From the NCBI GenBank assembly GCA_013239625.1, contig MU053561.1, positions 5,754,439 to 5,818,438 of the forward strand: a stretch of 64,000 bases of DNA, given 5' to 3'. Both the position numbers and the translations under genes were made by a program. The notes below the pieces were generated by a model. The model saw only the letters and a list, made by a program, of their open reading frames with translations, was not told the origin of the DNA and did not search any database. Shown in pieces: positions 26,159 to 39,557 of this stretch. Origin of the DNA: Lama guanicoe (Eukaryota). Every line of letters starts with the position of its first letter. Position 1 is the stretch's first letter.

Positions 26159-27283
26159 AGCTGGAGCACCCTAGGTGAGGAACGAGCAGCGCATCAAAGC
26201 ACTCTCATTTGTTGATTCCCTCACTTACAGACCAGATAAACAACTATGGTATCCCCAAAGCTGGGGAAAGTTGCACTGCAGTTTTAGTTCTACTGTTTTT
26301 TGTGTGTGTATATTTCTTCTAGGACAGGGGAAATGGATCTAGTGTTGGTGCATTTCTTTCATGCACACATAATTTTAAAGACAAGAGACTAGCTTCAATA
26401 ACAGGTTATTTTTCTCTGACCTATCCCCTCTCCAGAAGTCTTTAGAGTTGGTCTCTTAACTAAGAACAACAAAACACATCTTAAAACTCCACAACAGGTC
26501 GCTGACTCCAGCCAGAACCATCCCTGGAAGCATGACTACACACTGTCTTCCTCTGTAAACCCACCCTATTTCCAGTGTTCTTCCATTTCAGGCTGACAGG
26601 AGGGTGACAGCTGATGAAAAGACTAGGTGGACAGAAGACATGCTCAGTAGTGCCCCTCATGGTCTAGAAAGAGTTTTGTTTCATTTTACTTTGCTTTACT
26701 GACTGCATTGTTATCAAATGTCTCATCTGCACAATATAACCTGTGTTTCTTTTCCTGAGCCACCGTCCCGAAATTGCTTTCCCACCAATGGCCCTGATCA
26801 TAATACCTCACAGATGAAAGCATACAACAGCCAATTGTACTGACAATCAATATCTACCTGAAAGGACAGCAACCAAATAAAACATTTTAAAATCTTCTCA
26901 GTGAAAACCTTCAACAAATTATGTCCAAATTATAACCAAAACATTTCAGATCTCCATTATTTAAATAAAGATGGAAGAAAAAATTAACACCTATATGAAA
27001 CTTTTTTATAGGAACTTTTTCTGTATGGCTTCTGAATTTTTAGAAGTGTGACCTAGTTACTCACACAAAAGCAGTTTTCATGCTACGGATGCAGACTTCT
27101 CTAACTCTAATCTCTAAAAATCTCTGGCTCTAGTTTATACTAGTTAACAGCAGCTAATTACTCCATTATACCAAGTTGTCTTCTTCCTGTCAAATGAGAA
27201 CACTACCTCTATGATAGAAGGAAAAATCAAGTAGGTGAACGTGAAAACAAACCAAAATAAACAAAAAACACTGTGCCCTTTAC

Positions 27284-27574
27284 CACTGCTCTTCTGTGTG
27301 GAAGAAAGTTTCTTCTCATTTATCCTCTCATGGTTGGTGGGAAAGGCAGACATCTCTCCACCTGCTGATGATAGCAGGCTCTCCAGGGTAGTGGCATCTG
27401 GGGGAGGATGTGCCAAGTAAGTCTCTTTGGGCATCTGGACCATGAGGCTGGACAGTGTCTGATCTAGAACATCCTCTTCAGCAATGTAGGTGTACGGACA
27501 GTATTCTCGGGTCCGGGAGTAGATGTTGGCATTGTCGTAACAATCTGAGCAGATAACCCGGGTACCAGTGCCAC
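27284..27574 (-). CDS. LRIG2: LRIG2 exon 17 (291 nt; cytoplasmic, GTGTRVICSDCYDNANIY...)
   Basis: Within ORF 27144..27632; TAG/GTAAAG boundaries. Confidence 0.95.
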
Positions 27575-27659
27575 CTAATGACAAAAATGGGAAAGAACCC
27601 AACATCTTCAGTTGAGGAATCAGCTTTGCCAATAGTTAGTTTTCTCTAATAGCAGTCAT

Positions 27660-27920
27660 CACTGTCATCGTAGCTGGCATTTGTTCAAAACTTACATTAT
27701 AAACCAGATGAAGTTTCAAGGTCTTTCTATGAATTAACTAATTTAATCATCACAACATTCCCTAAGAGGTAAGTACTATTATTATCCTCACTTTACAGAT
27801 GGAATAACTACAACACAGAGAGGTTAGGTAACTTGCCCAAGACATACTGCCAGAATGGAGAGCTGAAATTTAAACTCAGGCCCTCTGGCACCAGCACTGA
27901 AGCTCCTGAACACTGAATAC
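27660..27920 (-). mobile_element. MIR SINE
   Basis: cactttacagatgg...agaggttaggtaacttgcccaag core. Confidence 0.75.
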
Positions 27921-29219
27921 TACATTAAACCATCTTTGTCCAGCCTGGATAAGGTCATACTCAAATCAAGGGAGCCAAGGTAAGGCTGGCACTGTGCTAC
28001 CAGACACATGTTTGGCTTAAGTAAACTAAAGCAAAGAATAAGGAGTTATGTTGACTTTGCTTCACAAAAGCCCATGTTACTTTCCTGAGTCAAGAGGTTA
28101 AGCAACACTAATTGCTAAAAGCACCCCTAGAGAAAGCCTCTGATGGTCAAGATCCTGCCTGACAAATGTGTGTTTGGCAGAAGTAAAAGTTTAATAATGG
28201 GCTCCGTGGACCATTACGTACTCTGAAAACTGAGTGATGAAAGAGAGGAAAGTGAAAAATAAAGAGCACGTTATTTATTCATGATCAAGCAACAGAGTGT
28301 TAGAGCTGGAAAAGAAATGGAAGTAATTCAGTTTAACCCAGAAAGCAGTGTTACTTCCTTCAAATTTCAAAGAGTAGAGGCTTTTAAGTATTCTTTAAAA
28401 GTTAGTAATACCCCACTTTCCTTGGAAAGCCAAAATAAAATCCAATTTATCAGTTATACAGAGAAGATCTGTTAACACCCAGACTAAAAAAAAATCTCTG
28501 TAGCAATGAAGTAGACCTTTCATTTGTAAAGCACATGAAGTACCAGACAGATCTGTTGAAAGGATCTGTGAGACTCTTGAGAGAAATGCTTTATAAAACA
28601 CTTAAGTTTTTTAAATGAAGAAATTAAAGCTCAGACTTTAAGTGACTTCATGATCACATGGCTAGAAAGAACTGGGAAGCAAACTCAATTCCATCCCTTA
28701 ATTCATCTCCCTGTGTTCCGTCACCCTCTGTGGGAAGGGAGGAGTGGAGGGGAAAGCAGTGTTGAGAAGTCAGGTTCACGTGATGACTTTCTCTCTCTGA
28801 TGCTCTCCAATACATGGTGAGAATCATCAATGCCCTTGAAACTGTAGTGAATATCCACCTGTCAGCAGGAGAAACAACCTCCCCTGGACATGGTCTGAAG
28901 GGTGATCATGAAGGAATAGGGTAAAAGACACCTGAAATAAGCTTCCAGAGCACCTCCTTCCCATAACAATGCTTTGGTTTTGGGAGCCTCTACTGTGTTC
29001 CCCAATCCTGTGTTTTAAGATGTGTTTCTACTGTCAGATGATTTTCTTCCCTATTAAGACTTTAATCAATTTTCATCCTGTTTCGCATGAGGCCAAATGT
29101 TTTCACTGAGTATCTTACTTTAAAATATTGCTTCAGGTTAATGGGGAAATCTATACATTGAAAAATAAACTCAATAGGGCTAGTTGAAATTCTAAGCATA
29201 GACAACAAAGAGTCATTAC

Positions 29220-29369
29220 CATCAGCGCCTCTGTGTAAATATCCGTTGGCAGGAGGCATAAGTTGCTGATGACTGCCTGCCTCAGAGTTGCTGTAGCCTT
29301 CCTGTGGCTCAGACAGTGTTCCTTGGGAAGACAAGTAGCTGGGAATATCTGCAGGCAGATTGAGCTCCT
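29220..29369 (-). CDS. LRIG2: LRIG2 exon 16 (150 nt; cytoplasmic, ELNLPADIPSYLSSQGTL)
   Basis: Within ORF 29062..29439; CAG/GTAATG boundaries. Confidence 0.95.
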
Positions 29370-29982
29370 CTGTAAAAGAGACATCTGTAACTTTCAAAGT
29401 CAGGCAATTTAAGCCAACATTTGGAAGATTATTTTGCAAATGTATTCTACTTTGGTACTATTGGCCAGGAAAATGTTATGTCCCTAGGAACTCAACAGCT
29501 TCTAGGATTTTCCCTGAAAACTGTTTCTCACTAGAATTCTCCTCTAAGCTTCATTTTAAAAGTGTTAGCAAAAAGAAATAAAACCTAAAGTCTGAAATTT
29601 TATCCACAGACTTACTTTCACCATCTATCAGGCTGAGCCTCTTCTCTCACATGATTTCAGGATGAGAAGTGTGAAGGCTGATCTCCATTGTAAGGACTCT
29701 ATGCTTCCTCACAGGGAAATTACAATGGAAATGAGCCTTGGGCATTAAAGAAAGAAGCTGCACCTGTGATTGCTTCTAAGTGCAAAGTTTGGGTAAAATG
29801 TCTACAAATTCTTAAAGTTATTCATTAGAGAGGCTCTGCTGCATCAAGGAAGTAGGACTTTTAACAGAAAACCTCTTCCTTCTACCACCCATGAAGTATC
29901 AAAGCTGCTTAGTTTTCTATATTTTACAACAAATCCTTTATTACATTCCTAACTCAAGTATAAGCAATAGTTGTTAACTCAC

Positions 29983-30432
29983 CTGTGTTTGTGATACTAT
30001 AGTCTTCATTTTTCCTTCTCATGTGGTAAATAACAATGACCCAGATCAAAGAGGTGCCCACAACACAGCAGACCACAACAATGATGACAATGCCAACTGT
30101 AGTCCAGCCATCATCTTCATGCCCAATGCTACTCTGGGAAGAGTCACAATTGGGGGATGAAATGACATTTAGGTAAATGTGACCTCGTTCTGTCCCAAGA
30201 GTGTTGGACATAATGCAGGTGTATTTCCCAGCATCTTCTAGCCCTGCATCTACAATGATGAGAAGCTGGTTGGCTGCAGCAAAGAAGTGCCGTTCTGTCA
30301 CCAGCAGTGGTCCGTCATCTTTGGTCCAATTGAGGCGAGGGGCAGGACTCCCTCCAGCTATGCACTGTAACACTGCAGTTTCACCTCGGGTCACTGTCTT
30401 GTCTTCCAGGGGTCTAATAAATGAGGGTGTCT
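29983..30432 (-). CDS. LRIG2: LRIG2 exon 15 (450 nt; Ig-like domain 3 plus transmembrane helix VGIVIIVVVCCVVGTSLIWVIVIY)
   Basis: Overlaps ORF 29954..30394; TAG/GTGAGT boundaries. Confidence 0.97.
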
Positions 30433-31616
30433 CTAATAGAAAGACATATTAAAAAGCCATATTAGGTAATTTTATTCCAAAAATCCTACTAAATTGGACT
30501 AATGAGGTTATGATAAAATAAGCACTTTCTTATACTCCTGGGAGGATTAGAAGTTAATGTTCCAGAAAAGCAAATATCTCAAAAAATCTAAATCTTATCT
30601 CAGGATTTCCACTTTGAGCAAGCTATCCTAAGCAAGGAATTCAAAAATGTATATACAAAGATGCTTATTACAAACTTAGTTGCAATTTTTAAAAATAAGA
30701 AACATTTTTTAAAAATCTCAAAAAAATGATTAAGCAAATTACAGTATAGCCATATATTTTATAAGACTTAATGACAAGGTAACCCTGTAATATAGTATTA
30801 AATGGAAAAAAGTAGGTATATATAACCACATAAAATGAGTGTTAAAAAAAGTCTAGAATATTCCAAAGTCTTTAACAGTATTTGAGAGACTTTCCTGTTT
30901 TTATTTTCTGTATATCTTGAAATTTTTAAATAATAAACTTATTTTTCTGATTTACTCAAGTAATTACACAAAGCAACAAATTTTTAAAAACCCTAACGTC
31001 TAGTGGAATAGTGAACTAGAAAGTAAAATTTGCCTTGGAATTGAGCTCCCATGAAGACAAGTTTCTCCTAAGAAAAAAATAGGTTTGTCAGGGGAAATCT
31101 TCATGGAAAGGAGATTTTACCAGAGCACAGGATTAATGGGAGCACACTGGGAGGAAAACAAAAAATCTAACCAGAAAAGTCATTCTTTTTCAACTTAAAA
31201 AGAATTTTTTTTAATGAACTAGGGGGAAAGTAGTTAAACTGTCTTAAATTCTCTGAGAAGCAGTATGAGAAGCAATATAAAGCTGTATACTCACTCCTGA
31301 ATATTGAAAACATACACATGAAGTAGAAAACTTATACAGGGAGATATAACAGGATAAAGGGATTTGAATTTTCAATTCATGTGACAAAGGTCTCTAATTC
31401 TGCCCTCAGCATTTCCCCAGATTTCAGTTAACTGATTCACTAATATCCTAGTTGACATAACTCTGCATAAATTGGCAAAACAAGGTGACAAAGACATAAG
31501 GATCACACGGGAAATCTCAAACTTAAGACTCTTCTTGCTATTAAGATCAGAAGTAAGTAGATCCATAATAGAAAGGCTCCCACAAAAGTGGGGGGCCCAG
31601 GGAGTAGTAAACATAC

Positions 31617-31898
31617 CTAACACTGTCAGTGAGGCGTTTGCAGAGAGGCCTCCCGCTATATTCTGTGCCATGCAGCTATAGATTCCCATGTCTTCTATTT
31701 TCACGTTTGCAATGAAGAAGACATCGTCCTCTGGCATGACATGCATGCGTCTTTCTCGAGCCGCAGGAAAATCAGTACCACCATCTTTCTGCCAGGAAAT
31801 CTGAGGTGCAGGGTGCCCCTCTGCAGCACATTCTAATCTGGCCATGGCACCAGTGCGAATAGTTAGATCCATCGGAGTTTTCAGAAAAGATGGCATCT
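31617..31898 (-). CDS. LRIG2: LRIG2 exon 14 (282 nt; Ig-like domain 2, [17 protein letters not shown])
   Basis: LRIG-family signature; CAG/GTATGT boundaries. Confidence 0.97.
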
Positions 31899-31937
31899 CT
31901 GGTCCAAGAAAGATCACCAATGGAAAGTGGTTGGGGG

Positions 31938-31941
<4 letters not shown>

Positions 31942-31968
<27 letters not shown>
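31942..31968. repeat. (CA)13 microsatellite, (UG)13 in the pre-mRNA
   Basis: Direct read; lies 43 nt upstream of exon 14. Confidence 0.95.
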
Positions 31969-31972
<4 letters not shown>

Positions 31973-32905
31973 GAAGGGAGAATCTGTTAGGCAAAATGCC
32001 AGCTGTTGTAATGCTCCATTTCTTTAAGACATGCTCTCTGGATTGATAGGAAACACAACTTCAGAGGCCATCTCCCCCTAGAACCTCAGAGTATTTGGGG
32101 TACAGTGATGACTAACTTCTAGGATGCATGACACATCCACCTGATCCCCCTGATGGGGACAGGGAAAGCAGAGGCCACAAACCTTTTTGAACTCCACATT
32201 TTATAACCAGTATCTACTATGACACCCTGTCTTACTAAGAGACTGATCATACTTCTCATGCCAACATCTACAAACCTGTCAAGGCAACTGCATGATAGGA
32301 AGAATTTATGTCTTCAAACATTTCCTAAAACAATCAGAAGCAAGACACATGTACATCTTTTAGTTGCACAAAGCCTAAAATGTTGTAATTATTCAATCTA
32401 ATAGGTGATAGATAAATCAAGCTGTTTTGGTTTTATTACAGCTGCAGTGAAAAAGAGTATTATTTTCAAAAATGATTCTGCATGACCACATTTAGACAAT
32501 GAAAACGATCACTGGACCCAGAAATGTCCTAATTCTCCCAGTTACTGGAAGGCCCTGTGAACAGGGTCAGGAATAAATTTCATAGTTTTCAAAATAGAAT
32601 TATGGTTCTAGAAAGCAAATGGAGAATTTCAAAAGAACTTTTTCAAGAGCATAAATAAAAATGAAAGTAGTCTACCTCCTCGGGCTGCAGAATTCACCTT
32701 TACTCCTCAGTCAAAGACTGATTAGGGACAGTAAGTGCGCAAACTAGCAATCCAGTCTATATATTATAACAACCCTAAAGACAAAAATAGTAAGGACCCC
32801 TTGCCAAATATCAAGTTTAGCCTCATTTCCTTGGTCAAATGGTTCAAAAATTAAACATGAAAATTCCTCCTAACTACAAAATTATCTGGGAGCATAGTTC
32901 CTTAC

Positions 32906-33226
32906 CATTCACAGTCAGCTTGGCTTTATGAGAATAATTAGAACCGAAGTGATTAGTAACAATACACTGGTATTTTCCTTCATCTGTGAAATTCACACTG
33001 GAAAGATGTAAAACACTAGTATATTCCAGAGCTTCTCCAGCTTGTTGCTGATAACGAACGAGATTCTCAATATCGGCATCATACAGGATTTCACTGTCTT
33101 TGCGCCACACAGTAGACATGGGTGAATCACTGCTGCTCACTGCAGTACACGTCAGAGTCACGTTCATGCCTCTTAGAGCAACTGTGGTTTCAGGATGGGT
33201 TCTTATCTGTGGCTTGAGAAAATCGT
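32906..33226 (-). CDS. LRIG2: LRIG2 exon 13 (321 nt; Ig-like domain 1)
   Basis: VTLTC...W...DEGKYQC Ig motif; TAG/GTAAGG boundaries. Confidence 0.96.
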
Positions 33227-34867
33227 CTAAGGGAAAGAAATGTGGCAGGAGCCAAGTCAGTTATTTATTTTTGCTTCTACCGATTCAATTTTAAAACAAA
33301 TCATGTAAAATTTTGTGTTTAGTTTACAAATGGCATGTTAAGATTGAAAGGAACTGCAGAGCTGGAATCCAATTCCCTTGTCTTAAGGTGAGGAAAATGA
33401 AGCCCAGAAGGGTCAAGTGACTTGCTCAAAGGCAGGTACAGCAGCAGCTGAGTCTGGACTGGAACCCAGGTTTTCGGACTTCAGGGCTTAGCACTCTCCC
33501 ATCCCTTACTATCACTTATGCTTAAAATGTACTTCTTAAGCATTACCAGTTACTGGAAAAATAACTGGTAAAAATTACCAGTTACTGGAAAAATATAGGA
33601 ATTTTAAAATAAACTCTAATTCTATTACCCTGTGTGTATGTGTAACATATAATGATAGGTATTCTTATTAATAAAACATTATTTGAAACTACTTTGTGCA
33701 TAACTTTCACCTAAAATAATGAAAATTTCCTGAAGTGTCAAATGTCCAACTGAAGATTGGCTTAGGACTGGCTAATAAACTATAGATTCATAAATAATAA
33801 TACATCACTGGACTGATTCAGAGAAGCAGGCATATGAATTCCTAACCAACAGCTTCACTGGGTAACATTTCACCGTGCCATAAAAGTGATAACCAAAAGA
33901 AAAGAGGATAAAATACATCATGTGTATTTATATTTAAAACTAAAGTCAGAAGGGCACTCATGGCAATGTAAGCAGAATTTAATCGTTATTAGGTTCTCTG
34001 TTTTCTTCTTTAAAATTCGCAAAAACAAAGTAACTATTTGTACATTTGAACTTCCAAATGGCCTAAGCATCTTTAAGTAGATTGTGGAAACAGCTCTGAC
34101 AATACACAGGTATCTACAACGATCAGAGTTATGACTGCTTTGCAACACAGACACATTAATCTAAGTTTCACTATGTAAAACTAAAAATCAGTTATTCTAC
34201 TTTAAAGGAAATTAAAGTGTAAAAGAAAAATTTCCAAATTGAGGAAAAAAAATAAATGCATACTTGAAATTGTAAGTAACTGCTAGAATCAAGACAACTT
34301 GTTCATGACAACTTGTCTGTGTCCCCTTTCCCCTCCAAAAAACTCTGAAACTGTGCCACTTTACTCTTAAGAAATGCATCAAAAATAGAAACCAAATGAA
34401 ACTGGCACAATAATATACTGCTGGTGACAACATAAACTCTTGCTATCTATTTGGAAAACACCTGAGGATTTTTCAAGATCTATTAAATATAAAATCACAC
34501 TTTTGAGTGACTTTGTCAAAAAAAATTCATACTTTTTGATTTAGAATCTTACTACTAGGTATTTACTCCAAGGTTAACAATCCCTCTAAAAAGGGAAAGG
34601 CCTACATTCATAAAGATGCTATTATACTGACCTTATTTAAAAATGATTATTTAAGAACACACAGAGTAAAAAAAAAAAATAGCTTATGATACACTAAGTC
34701 AAAGAATACAAAATTTAAGCCACAATTATAATATAAAAATATTAGAGAAAAATGTAAAAATGGAAATAGATATGCTAGTGGGAAAGCATTCTATTTTAAT
34801 TGTTTTTTTTAGTTCTGTTAAGATAGTACATGAGTAATATACAAACTTTTAAAACAAAAATACAAAC

Positions 34868-35031
34868 CACAGACAAAATCTTTCAGCTCCACATTCAGGA
34901 TGCTTTGCCCTGCTAGCCATTCAGGGTGTGCACAGCTTACATTCACAGAATGTTGAAAGTTATTATCAACCAGCCATTGAAGCAACCACTTCAAATGGCA
35001 GTCACAGAGCAAACTGCTTGTGTTCAGAATC
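34868..35031 (-). CDS. LRIG2: LRIG2 exon 12 (164 nt; LRRCT cap CDCHLKW...CAHPEWL...FVC)
   Basis: Overlaps ORF 34818..35012; CAG acceptor and GTTTGT donor; switches phase 2 to phase 1. Confidence 0.95.
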
Positions 35032-35099
35032 CTGCAGAGGAAAAAAAGTGCCTTTTACTTTTCATTCCATGTTTCTCCAGCATTAAAAGCTTACTACAC

Positions 35100-35750
35100 A
35101 TCTATGCATTTTCTTGCCAAAAAATGTTTAACTTGGATCTAACCATGAGAGAGCAAATTCAGACTGTCAGCCTTGTTTCCTCAAATGTGACAGTGCCATG
35201 AAAGACACTAATAAAAGGGGTGGGGGGGAACAAGGGTAAGGGATTTGTTTTAGATTAAAGGAGACTAAAGAGCCATTACAACCAAATGTAAAGTGTGATC
35301 CTTCACTGAGAAAATATGTATCTACAAAGAACATTTTTGGACATTGTGGAAATCTGAGTATGGACTGCACACTGAATAACATTTCATAAATGTTCATTTC
35401 ATTCAGTGTGATAACAGTGCTGTGGTTGTAAAAGAAAAAGGAAATGTGTGCTAAGATATTTTAGGAGTGAAGTGTCATGATGTCTGATGGCTGTGACCTA
35501 CTCTCAACTGGTTAAGCAAAACGACACTGTTATTTGTTCATGTATACAAGTATGTGTGGAGAGAGGGCAAGAGACAGAGACAAAGAGAACGGGAGGGAAG
35601 GAAGGAAGGGAGGAGGGAGAAGAGGGGGAAAATAAGTAACAAATTCAGCAAAAAGTTAACGGTGAATGTAGGTAAACAGTATATGGATGTTCACTGTAAC
35701 TTCCTTCAAATTTTTGAGGTTTAAAATTGTTCCCAGAGAAGTTTGGGGAA
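35100..35750 (+). mobile_element. Old L1ME-like 3' fragment
   Basis: gattaaaggagactaaagag...accaaatgtaaagtgtgatcc; aggagtgaagtgtcatgatgtctg; tatggatgttcactgta. Confidence 0.6.
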
Positions 35751-36199
35751 AAGCTTATTAAATATATTGGAACATAGAGACATTTTTGCTGTGGAGAGGA
35801 TATAATTATTTTCAAGTTATTTCATCAAGACGAAATATATTTCAGCCCTGTGGCAATGTGTACTGCAACTTAAACAAAGACCTACTGAAAAATGGTTTGT
35901 GGTTACAATAGGCCCATAAAATATATCTGAAAAGTCAATGTTTTCTTTTAATGACCCCTTAAGAGTCCCATTCACTTGGAAGTAGGGGAAGCAAATGACT
36001 TTAAGAACATTGTAACTTGCTTGGTGTACACCATCAAAATCCTCAAGTAGTTTTAAAGACGAGTATAAAATACCTAAGATCTGCTTCCAAAAAAGTTTCA
36101 GAGTCTCTAAGTATGACTCCAAAAGCCATATTTTATCAAGGGTAGTTTTAATTAAGCAGGTCAGAAGTTACCTTTTGCACTTAAGAATTCTTATGTTAT

Positions 36200-36750
36200 A
36201 TCCATTCACTCATAGAGAAAATCTGAGTCTACTATATGCCAGGCACTGTTCTAGGCTGTGGGGCTACAGTCCTCACAAAGCTTACATATTTAGAGCCAAG
36301 CAATAAAAAAACAAATGCAAAGTGTAGTGTCAGAAAGTTAAGTTCTATCAAGAAAAACAAATCTAGGCAAAGACACACAGACAGCCACTACAGGTTTAGA
36401 TAAAGCAGTTAGGGAAAGATTCTTTGAAGGGATGGCATTCTGGATAAAGACCTCAAAGAAGTGAAGGAATGAATCACGTGAAGATCTGAGGTATGAGTGT
36501 CACAGACAGAATAAACTGTGCACAAAGACTCTAAGGCAGATGCTTAGTGTGCTCAAGGGAAAGTAGGGAGGCCACTGGGGCTAGAACATAGAAAGTGAGG
36601 GGACAGATACAGGACTGAGGTTAGAGAGCTGGGCGGAGTAGGAGAAGGCCATACAGGTGCTTTATAAACTAAGGGAAGAACTTGAGCTGTTTACTTCCTA
36701 TGTGTGATGGGAAGCCACTGGAAGGTTAAGAACAGAGGAGTGACGTGGTC
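36200..36750 (-). mobile_element. L2 LINE 3' fragment
   Basis: cattcactca...ctactatatgccaggcactgttctagg...gggaagccactggaagg. Confidence 0.75.
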
Positions 36751-37714
36751 TGGTGTATGTTTTCTTAGGTATAAGTTGGCTCATGAAACCTGGACTCATA
36801 TTCTAATTCGACTACTTACCTTAGGCAAGATACTGAATGTCTCTAAAATCTGTTTCTATTTCTGGAAAATGGGATTGAGAATGCCTACCTCAAAGAAAAA
36901 TGTTAAATAAAGCATTTGACACAGTACCTGGCCACAGATTTCACTGAATTCACATTAACTCATTTCACTTCTGTTTCTTTTGCATCTTTCCACCCTTCAC
37001 AAACTAATGAACCTTGCCCACACATGTCTAATGGAGTACTCTGTACTCTCTCAACAAGTGTGGATAGATATACACCAAAATATTAACAGTCTTTCTTTCC
37101 CTCTTGGTTTAACCGTATCTTCTAATTTTCTACCATGATTATATAATTTTAAAGCAAAAACATTTTTAATTTATATTTGCCTCTCCCACTCAATATTTAT
37201 GCAAAGCACTATGAAGAACACCAAAAGGTATTAAGAGATAGTTTAATAACTGTTGATGTGAAAAGTACTACAAACATGTCTTAAATTTAAAGTACTAAAA
37301 GCGACTAAAAATTCTCTGTAAAAAAGTTGCATCAGAGTCCCTACATTAGCAGATTGTTCAAACCAACTTCCAAATTTCTACATGACTCTGAAGAATGAAA
37401 CTATAATAACTATTTTCATCTACTATCTAAATTATATTATAAACTGTGTTCTCTTAACAGGAGTTAAAACTTTCTTGCTGGCCCTCAGATTATCACAACC
37501 AAAAAAAGTAATACTGATATGCAGTAAGCTGTACCTTTTCAAGTTAAACTAAGCCTTAGGAGAAATAACTCAAAATATCTCAAGAGATGCCTTCCCCCTA
37601 TCCCCCAAAAGCCACTTCAAAAATCTGGCAGAAAGATGGTCTCCATACATTTTAACTTTTGTTATTATTTTCGTTATTCATTCACCTTTACTATGTGCCA
37701 GGCTCTGTGCGGAA

Positions 37715-38272
37715 CATCTTCTCAAAACCCTCAGAAGCTTTCTAATGCATTTAGGAGGAAAAAAATCCTAACTCCTCATGGCCTATTAGGCCCTACGTGA
37801 TCAAGCCTGCATAACTCTCTGACCCCAACTCCCACCACTCTTCCCTGGGCTCTTGTCTTCCAGCCACACCAGTGTCTTCGCCGTTTTTCAAGTAAAAAAG
37901 CAAGCTCCTACCTCAAACCCTTTTCACTTGCTCTTCCCTGTGCCTGGAACACCCTCTGCCCAGCATTCAATGTTTTGCCGTTTCATCTCATTAAGGTCCT
38001 AGCTCAAAGGCTGTTATCTTCAGAAAAGCCTTCCCTCGCTACTTTAAAATAGCAATCTCCGTCACTGTGCACACCTTTGACCCAGCTGGGTTTTTTTCAG
38101 AACACTTATCACCTGATGAGATATTATATACCTACTGGTTTACTATTTATCTTCCTTATAGAAAGTATTGTAATACGCTACGTGGACAAACTGTCTTGTT
38201 CACTGCTGCATTTTCAGCATCTAGAACAGTAACTTACATAGCAGAGGACAATAAATATTTCTTGAATAAACA
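37715..38272 (+). mobile_element. L2 LINE 3' fragment
   Basis: ccctgtgcctggaacac...cttgttcactgctgcattttcagcatctagaacag...aataaatatttcttgaataaa. Confidence 0.75.
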
Positions 38273-39278
38273 AATTATCTCATTTTATCCTCACATGGCC
38301 CTGAGGATAGTGCTATTTCCATTTTGAGAAGGGAAACTGAGTCTTAGGCTAAACACCTAGTTGTGAAGAATGGAGCAAGAATTTAAACCTAGACAGTTTG
38401 AACCAACCTACTTCCAATGCATCTCAAACTATATGTGGAGAAGGATCAGTTTCTTAAATTCCTAATCTGTTGTAAACCAATACTCATAAAATTCAACAAA
38501 AGTGTCACAGTAATATCAAATTGTTCTAAAAGTTTCTAAATGCTTATTCTGAATTTCTATCCTTATTTTGTCATGAATCAGTTTTGGTCCTACTTCCTCT
38601 GAGTAGGTTTCAGGCAAGGCAAGATAAATTGATGTAGTCTGTTGATCCTTACCACTGGCTAAATAGTCAAATCATTAGAGTTTAAAATTAAAAGCACTGC
38701 CCAACTAACCACCCCTCTCCCTGCAAAATGAGAACACTTTTTTAAAATCATGAATGAAAAAAGGCAAAAAAATGATACGTATGTTTCTATTATTAACTAT
38801 TCAACAGTTTTGGAACATTTTAGTAGTTTGAAAAAACAAATTTAGAGACATTCTCTCTGGTCATTATACTGAAAATGCTAGATCATCTCCGAAAAATTAT
38901 ATAATACCTTAATTGTATTCTACCCCAAAGGGTAAGAATTGGGAACATATGCCTCCAATAGTCCAAAAAGGAATGAGGGCATAAAAAAGGAATGGTAGGG
39001 TATACATAAAGCATAAGGAGTGGTGCTAAGTACTCTTTAACCAAAAGCATCAGCAGCACAGGAAAAAAACAGGTCTTGGTGCCTCACACTCTGGGCTTTT
39101 CAATGTTGAGTTATTTTTAAATTATATCCAGCCACTAAAATAACTAAATGTTAACACTTTCTTTTTTCCTGCCTGAATTGTGTGCTTTGGGAAACATCTG
39201 GCTCACATTCAGCACCCTTTAAGCACAACAAGCATGGATAATGATCTATTTGGTAACAAAAAAGACAAAGTTACGTAC

Positions 39279-39347
39279 AGTTCTTTCAAGCGAGTCTGAG
39301 AAAAAGCATTTTCTTGGATAGACATTATAGCATTGTTGTTCAAATCT
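39279..39347 (-). CDS. LRIG2: LRIG2 exon 11 (69 nt; DLNNNAIMSIQENAFSQTRLKEL)
   Basis: CAG/GTACGT boundaries, one LRR. Confidence 0.94.
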
Positions 39348-39485
39348 CTGAAATGAAGAGAAATGAAACATTACCAGTCACCATTTCTACAATTAAGTTA
39401 TATAAACATTTTAAGTGGTCATGAAAACCTCTGCTAATAGCAAAGATTATTCATATACTGAGCAAAATGGATACAAAATACTTAC

Positions 39486-39557
39486 AGATGCTCAAGGGAT
39501 TCAAGACCAATGAATGCTTTCTTTGTAATTGACTTAATCTGATTTCCTTGTAAGATT
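39486..39557 (-). CDS. LRIG2: LRIG2 exon 10 (72 nt; ILQGNQIKSITKKAFIGLESLEHL)
   Basis: CAG/GTAAGT boundaries, one LRR. Confidence 0.95.

Noticed and set aside
36200..38272. Inverted L2 pair as a dsRNA former
   Set aside because: The copies appear too diverged for stable pairing
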